From an uncultured Thermoplasmatales archaeon (lineage in GTDB: Archaea; Thermoplasmatota; E2; UBA202; DSCA01), in assembly GCA_964606745.1 (NCBI GenBank), contig CAZSHJ010000002.1, positions 2,629 to 66,628 on the forward strand: a stretch of DNA of 64,000 nt, written 5' to 3'. Below, one piece after another: positions 58,796 through 64,000 of this stretch (the first letter of the stretch is position 1; each line of letters begins with the position of its first letter). The notes beneath the pieces were generated by a model. That model was not told the DNA's origin. It saw only the letters and a list, made by a program, of their open reading frames with translations, and ran no database searches. Both the position numbers and the translations under genes were made by a program.

Positions 58796-58870
58796 GGGCC
58801 TGCAAAATATTTATTTGGAAATAAATGCCACATATTTTGACCCTTTTCCTCAAAAAAATTTAAGTATTGT

Positions 58871-60826
58871 ATGCCAATTACCCACCAGATAATCATGAGT
58901 GAAATAGTAAAAGGGCAGCAGATTTTTGCGTCTCCTGAAGCATTTAGAAAAAGCGCATGGGTGAAGGACGAGGGCGTATATGCGGAAGGAGATGATTATG
59001 AATCCTTCTGGGGAAAAAGAGCGGAAGAATTGGTTGACTGGTATGAAAAATGGGATAAAGTACTGGTTAAAGATCCTCCTTACTATAAATGGTTTGTGAA
59101 TGGAAAGCTTAACCTTTCTTACAATTGTCTGGACAGGTGGATAGAGAAAGGAAAGGGTGACAAGCTTGCCTATATCTGGGAGGGGGAGGATGGGGAGGTG
59201 AGAAAATACACCTACAAGGAATTGCATAAGGAAGTAAACAAATTTGCAAATGTTTTGAAGAACTTGGGAGTTAAGAAGGGGGACGTGATCTCCATATTTC
59301 TTCCAATGATACCTGAACTGCCGATATCCCTGCTTGCATGTGCCCGCATCGGTGCCCCGCACTCGGTTGTTTTTGCCGGTTTCAGTGCAGATTCATTGAG
59401 GGACAGGATGATTGATGCCGAGTCAAAGTATGTGATTACATGCGACGGTTATTCCAGAAGAGGAAAGCTGATAGACCACAAGAAGAAGGCAGATAGTGGT
59501 GTTGAAGGTCTGGATGTGAAGAACATAGTGGTAAAACGTGGAGGAAACGAAGTCAGCATGAAGGAGGGCAGGGATTACTGGTGGCATGAATTAATGGAGA
59601 GTGCATCCGAGACATGCAAGCCCGAAGTTATGGATGCCGAGGATTTGCTCTTTTTAATGTACACTTCTGGAACGACGGGCAAGCCAAAGGGAGTAATGCA
59701 TACGACGGGCGGTTATCTTGTCGGTGCCATGACAACCATGAAATGGGTATTTGATGTCAAGGACGATGACGTGTACTGGTGTACTGCCGATGTGGGCTGG
59801 ATAACGGGGCACAGCTATATCGTTTACGGTCCGCTTGCGATGGGTGTCACAAGCATAATGTATGAAGGCACACCAGATTATCCTAAGCCGGATAGGTGGT
59901 GGGAAATTATCGAAAAATACAAGGTTACGATTCTTTATACTGCGCCGACTGCAATAAGAATGTGCATGAAACAGGGCGAAAAATGGCCGGACATGCATGA
60001 TTTGAGCAGTCTCCGTCTGCTGGGAAGCGTAGGCGAACCTATAAACCCTGAGGCATGGCTCTGGTACCATAAAACAATTGGAAAGGAGAAATGCCCGATT
60101 GTTGACACCTGGTGGATGACGGAAACAGGCATGCACATAATAACTCCTCTGCCGGGCGTGACAAAAACCAAGCCGGGCTCTGCCACTTTTCCGTTTCCCG
60201 GGATAAAGGCAGAGATAAGAGATGAGAACGGCATCGTTCCACTCGGACATAAAGGAGAACTGGTGATAACTACGCCATGGCCTTCCATGTTGCGCGGGCT
60301 GTATAACGCTCACGAGAAATATATCGAGGAATATTGGTCAAAATATGGCATGGGCAATTTTTATACGGGTGACGGTGCGATTATCGATAAGGACGGTTAT
60401 TTCTGGCTTCTCGGGAGGGTTGGGGACGTGCTTAATGTCGCCGGCCATCGACTCGGGACAGCGGAGGTGGAAAGCGCTCTGGTAGATCATCGGTCCGTTG
60501 CAGAATCTGCAGTTGTGGGCATTCCTCATGATATTAAAGGGCAGGTTCCGTTTGCATATGTAGTATTGAGGCAGGGATTCTCTCCGTCCGATGAACTGAA
60601 GAAAGAGCTTATCGGGCATGTAACAAAGTTGATAGGGCCCACGGCACGCCCGAGCGGCATTCTTTTTGTCGAGGATTTGCCAAAGACCAGAAGCGGAAAG
60701 ATAATGAGGAGAATACTCAAAAATCTTGCATCTGGAGAGGAAAAAATAGGTGATACTACCACACTGCAAAACCCCGAGATTGTAGACGAGATACACAAAG
60801 AGCTGAAAAACAACCATTTCGGTTAA
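58871..60826 (+). CDS. acs: Acetyl-CoA synthetase (AMP-forming)
   Basis: 651 aa. YTSGTTGKPKGV AMP-binding motif and conserved C-terminal Lys region (SGKIMRR). Confidence 0.9.
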   Translation: MPITHQIIMSEIVKGQQIFASPEAFRKSAWVKDEGVYAEGDDYESFWGKRAEELVDWYEKWDKVLVKDPPYYKWFVNGKLNLSYNCLDRWIEKGKGDKLAYIWEGEDGEVRKYTYKELHKEVNKFANVLKNLGVKKGDVISIFLPMIPELPISLLACARIGAPHSVVFAGFSADSLRDRMIDAESKYVITCDGYSRRGKLIDHKKKADSGVEGLDVKNIVVKRGGNEVSMKEGRDYWWHELMESASETCKPEVMDAEDLLFLMYTSGTTGKPKGVMHTTGGYLVGAMTTMKWVFDVKDDDVYWCTADVGWITGHSYIVYGPLAMGVTSIMYEGTPDYPKPDRWWEIIEKYKVTILYTAPTAIRMCMKQGEKWPDMHDLSSLRLLGSVGEPINPEAWLWYHKTIGKEKCPIVDTWWMTETGMHIITPLPGVTKTKPGSATFPFPGIKAEIRDENGIVPLGHKGELVITTPWPSMLRGLYNAHEKYIEEYWSKYGMGNFYTGDGAIIDKDGYFWLLGRVGDVLNVAGHRLGTAEVESALVDHRSVAESAVVGIPHDIKGQVPFAYVVLRQGFSPSDELKKELIGHVTKLIGPTARPSGILFVEDLPKTRSGKIMRRILKNLASGEEKIGDTTTLQNPEIVDEIHKELKNNHFG

Positions 60827-60941
60827 CCCGATCCTGCCTCTTTCATGCATGCTGGAAACTAAACCTGTGATGGGCAGCAATCTCCTCTGGTAGTTTCTCC
60901 ATAAAAACTATTTTTGTCGGGGACTTTAACGCCTCTGCTCC

Positions 60942-62501
60942 TCAGGTGCGCCACTTGAACGAACGCTCTATTGCCCTCTTCCATCCCTCGTAGAGCATGT
61001 TCCTTTTCCCCCTATCCATATACGGCTCGAATATTCTGTCAACTTTTCTCTTTTCAATGACTTCATTTTTTGATTGCCAGTAGCCGGATGCAAGCCCTGC
61101 AAGATATGCCGCTCCAAGGGCAGTGCCGTCGAGAATATCCGGTCTTTCGACCTTCACATCGAGCATATCCGCCATGAACTGTAGCAGAAAATCGTTTCGG
61201 GATGCGCCGCCGTCTGCCTTGATTGACGAAATTTTTAAGCCGGTATCGATTTCCATTGACAACAGAATGTCCCTGCACCTGTAAACGATGCCCTCGAGGA
61301 CGGCCCGCACTATGTGCTCCTTCTCCGTTTTTCTGCTCAAACCCACGGCAATGCCGCATGCATGGGGGTCCCAGTAAGGAGACGATAATCCCGTAAAAGC
61401 CGGCACAAAGTATACACCCGCCGTGTCCTCGACATCATTGGCCATGGCACCGGAGTCCTCCACGTTCCGTATAATGCCCACGTCCTTAAGCCACTGAACG
61501 GCAGAACCCGTCGTGTTCGTCATTCCCTCGAGCATGTAAGTTACCTTCCCGCCCATGCCCCATGCTATAAGGGGTACGAGCTTATGAAGGGATGCAGGTG
61601 GTTTGCCCCCCACATTCATGTCGATGAAGCTTCCGGTGCCGTTTGTACATTTTACCTCGCCGGGGTTGAAACATCCTTCGGCAAACAGAGATGCCTGCTG
61701 ATCCGCAACAGCACTTTTTATTGGTACCTTTGCCCCCAAAATTTCCCTATCAACGCTTCCGAAATCCCCTGCCGTATCCCGTACTTCTGGAAGGATATCA
61801 ACCGGAATTTCGAATATCTCGAGGAAAAGCCTGCTCCATTTAAGGGCAAAGGAATCGAACATACCCGTCGAACTTGCATTGGAATAGTCGGTTGCATGAA
61901 CCCTGCCCTTTGTCAAATTCCATATCAGCCACGTATCCATCGTACCGCATACAAGGTCTCCCCTCAGTGCTTTTTCCCTTGCTCCGTCCACATTATCCAG
62001 CAACCAGCGGGTGTGGGCGAGGGCAGAGGCAGGCGTGAAAGAGAGATTGGACGCCGTTACAAGAAGTGCCCCGGTGTTTGTCATGCGCAAGCCCTTCCAT
62101 ACCTTTGAAAAGCCCTTTGTAACATGCCCTATCGCCTTGACTGCCCTGATTTTTCCCTTTCTGTCCATCTCCTCGCATACGTCAGCCGTCCTTGTATCAT
62201 GCCACGTTATCGCATTGTATATCGGTCTGCCGCTCTTCCTGTCCCACAGAAGATTTGTCGAACGCTGCGTGGTGATGCCGATTGCCTCTATTTCCTTTGC
62301 CCCTACTTTGCCGCCCATCGTTTTTCTCATAACGGAAATACACTTTTTCCATACCTCCGATGCATCCTGTTCGCACCATCCGGGACAAGGAAAAACCTGG
62401 GAAATCTCCTCGTAAGCATGTGAAACAATGCGTCCATCGTGGTCAAAAATGATTGCACGTATGCCCGTCGTCCCCTCATCTATTGCCATAATATATCTCA
62501 T
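60942..62501 (-). CDS. glpK: Glycerol kinase
   Basis: 519 aa, FGGY kinase. N-terminal AIDEGTTGIRAIIFD; full length. Confidence 0.92.
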   Translation of the reverse strand: MRYIMAIDEGTTGIRAIIFDHDGRIVSHAYEEISQVFPCPGWCEQDASEVWKKCISVMRKTMGGKVGAKEIEAIGITTQRSTNLLWDRKSGRPIYNAITWHDTRTADVCEEMDRKGKIRAVKAIGHVTKGFSKVWKGLRMTNTGALLVTASNLSFTPASALAHTRWLLDNVDGAREKALRGDLVCGTMDTWLIWNLTKGRVHATDYSNASSTGMFDSFALKWSRLFLEIFEIPVDILPEVRDTAGDFGSVDREILGAKVPIKSAVADQQASLFAEGCFNPGEVKCTNGTGSFIDMNVGGKPPASLHKLVPLIAWGMGGKVTYMLEGMTNTTGSAVQWLKDVGIIRNVEDSGAMANDVEDTAGVYFVPAFTGLSSPYWDPHACGIAVGLSRKTEKEHIVRAVLEGIVYRCRDILLSMEIDTGLKISSIKADGGASRNDFLLQFMADMLDVKVERPDILDGTALGAAYLAGLASGYWQSKNEVIEKRKVDRIFEPYMDRGKRNMLYEGWKRAIERSFKWRT

Positions 62502-62872
62502 TTTTTCACCATATCGCGCGAAGCGATGATTGCCACGCCCGTACCGCCCGTATTTGCAGCAATTACATCACCACACTTCACGGGTGTCTTAGCTTTTATT
62601 TTGGAAAGTTCCCTAACACACCTACCCATTGCATCCCTCGGAATTTTTCCGTCGCTCCTGACAGGCAGCAGGGAATGAATTCCGTTTTCAACAAATACCG
62701 TTGTCGTGAGCGTCCTTCTGGGATCGGTCATCTCCTGAATGACGTATTTCTTTCCTCTGGCACACCTGTTTCCCGTAACTGTTATTTCATCTCCCTTTTT
62801 CTCAGCCGTTATCGCACAGCCGAGCGGACATTCTATACATGTGAATTCATTTCTCATATTTGCCCTCCACAT
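62498..62872 (-). CDS. DUF1667-type small Cys-rich protein of the archaeal glycerol-3-phosphate dehydrogenase cluster
   Basis: CIECPLGC...NRCARGKKY. 4-nt overlap with glpK. Paralogue of 27981..28322. Confidence 0.75.
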   Translation of the reverse strand: MWRANMRNEFTCIECPLGCAITAEKKGDEITVTGNRCARGKKYVIQEMTDPRRTLTTTVFVENGIHSLLPVRSDGKIPRDAMGRCVRELSKIKAKTPVKCGDVIAANTGGTGVAIIASRDMVKK

Positions 62873-64000
62873 CTATTCTCACTTCACCGCCCGTATTGGC
62901 AAGCAACGATGATGGCATTACCACTTTAACCATCTCGGGGGGTTTTACAACCATTTCCCTTTTCTCAAAAATAATTCTGTCGCCGTCAGAGATGACTATA
63001 TTCACATCCTCGCTCTCCTCCTTCACCCTGAAATAAAAAGTAATGCTGTCCATATCCAGACCTCTCAGAAACTGTGGCACAACATAGCGTACATTCTTTC
63101 CGGCCGTAATATTAACCCTGCCCGCCTCTTCAATTTTCCCCGCCGCATATTTTCCGGCATACGTTCCAGCGATTTCGGAAGCAAGAGTGACATCATCAAC
63201 CAGGTCATGCACATGGGCAACATTCCCGCATGCAAATATCCCCGGTACCGAAGTTTCCATGTGCTCGTCAACAAACGGCCCTCCCGTCCTCTTATCAATA
63301 GCGATGCCGACCTGTTTTGAAAGCTCATTCTCCGGAATTAATCCCACGGCCAGGATAAGGCAGTCGCACGGGATAAACCTCTCGGTTTCTTTTATGGGAC
63401 TCATCGATTCATCAACCCTTGCTATCGTAACCCCTTCCACACGTTCCTTTCCCTTTATGTCGGTAATAGTATGGGACAGATGAAGCGGAATGTCGTAATC
63501 ATCAAGGCATTGAACGATGTTCCTTGTAAGCCCTCCTGGTTTCGGCAGGAGTTCGTACACGCCCTCCACCTCCGCCCCCTCCAGGGCGAATCGTCTCGCC
63601 ATTATCAATCCCACGTCACCGGAGCCCAACATTACAATTTTTCTGCCGGGCATCACACCCTCGATATTGATGAGCCGCTGTGCCGTGCCTGCAGTGTAAA
63701 TGCCGGCAGGCCTCGTTCCGGGAATTAAAATCTGATTTCTTGTTCGTTCCCTGCATCCCATTGCAAGAACTATTGCCCTTGCCTCTATTTCCATGATTCC
63801 GGCAGGATTTGTCGCCACGATTTTTCTATCCATGCCAATCTCGAGAACTGCTGTTTCAAGCCTTACATCGATATCGGACTTTTTCACGCCGTCTATAAAA
63901 TGCTGTGCATATTCGGGTCCTGTCATCATCTCATTGAAAATGAAATTGCCGAATCCGTCATGTATGCACTGGGGAAGTATACCTCCCAGCTCGTCTTCCC
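62847..64000 (-). CDS. FAD/NAD(P)-binding oxidoreductase of the G3P-dehydrogenase cluster (5' end likely beyond window)
   Basis: NAD-binding IVMLGSGDVGLIMA. The frame stays open upstream of the listed Met to the window edge and the FAD-binding GxGxxG is missing, so the true start is probably outside the window. Confidence 0.75.
   Translation of the reverse strand, partial: EDELGGILPQCIHDGFGNFIFNEMMTGPEYAQHFIDGVKKSDIDVRLETAVLEIGMDRKIVATNPAGIMEIEARAIVLAMGCRERTRNQILIPGTRPAGIYTAGTAQRLINIEGVMPGRKIVMLGSGDVGLIMARRFALEGAEVEGVYELLPKPGGLTRNIVQCLDDYDIPLHLSHTITDIKGKERVEGVTIARVDESMSPIKETERFIPCDCLILAVGLIPENELSKQVGIAIDKRTGGPFVDEHMETSVPGIFACGNVAHVHDLVDDVTLASEIAGTYAGKYAAGKIEEAGRVNITAGKNVRYVVPQFLRGLDMDSITFYFRVKEESEDVNIVISDGDRIIFEKREMVVKPPEMVKVVMPSSLLANTGGEVRIDVEGKYEK

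Noticed and set aside
59654-60313. 219-aa minus-strand ORF
   Set aside because: Antisense to acetyl-CoA synthetase.
1-64000. Searched for tRNA, rRNA and CRISPR arrays
   Set aside because: No tRNA-like GC-rich cloverleaf candidates in the spacers, no rRNA-like segments, and no regularly spaced direct repeats with unique spacers.

Overview
This 64 kb window looks like archaeal (euryarchaeal-type) chromosome. It contains a class I lysyl-tRNA synthetase, class I HMG-CoA reductase, PurP, pyruvoyl-dependent arginine decarboxylase, an Lhr-type helicase and three proteins ending in PGF-CTERM (archaeosortase A) sorting signals. I would guess a peptide-degrading Thermoplasmata-like anaerobe, but that is inference only.

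The core content is:
- hmgA (partial) and lysK;
- a GlcD/GlcF-like FAD/Fe-S oxidoreductase pair and pdaD;
- a six-gene O2-detoxification operon (perR-fprA-rbr-dfx-prx-ftn) with a PerR-box-like palindrome upstream;
- purP and an MFS transporter;
- a hisGDBHAF(IE) operon preceded by an AbrB-ACT regulator;
- a CaCA antiporter, acs, and a glpK / DUF1667 / FAD-oxidoreductase glycerol cluster.

Between these sit several lower-GC accessory patches that carry a secreted hydrolase arsenal:
- two C25 (gingipain-like) clan CD peptidases, one with clostridial-type cell-wall-binding repeats and one with a large FG-GAP insertion, beta-helix, PKD and PGF-CTERM;
- a C13 legumain-like lipoprotein, a papain-like C1 protease, an HExxH metalloprotease and a lipase;
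- a 2244-aa PGF-CTERM beta-helix/Ig surface protein with a tripled supermodule and a 66-nt tandem repeat tract;
- a membrane-anchored collagen-like protein and an orphan ClpP-family protease beside a membrane protein with a ~300-aa K/R/E-rich tail.

Signs of genome flux:
- a decayed partial second copy of the glycerol locus (a glpK-N::FAD-oxidoreductase-C fusion with a TGA nonsense codon);
- a frameshifted hydrolase and a flavodoxin remnant;
- an IS200/IS605 TnpA remnant after the his operon;
- a 1 kb AT-rich islet with tandem paralogous two-TM miniproteins;
- a bacterial-type cold-shock protein.

Also notable is a run of four perfect tetraloop hairpins between the convergent 35962..36918 gene and purP. 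I saw no tRNA, rRNA or CRISPR array.
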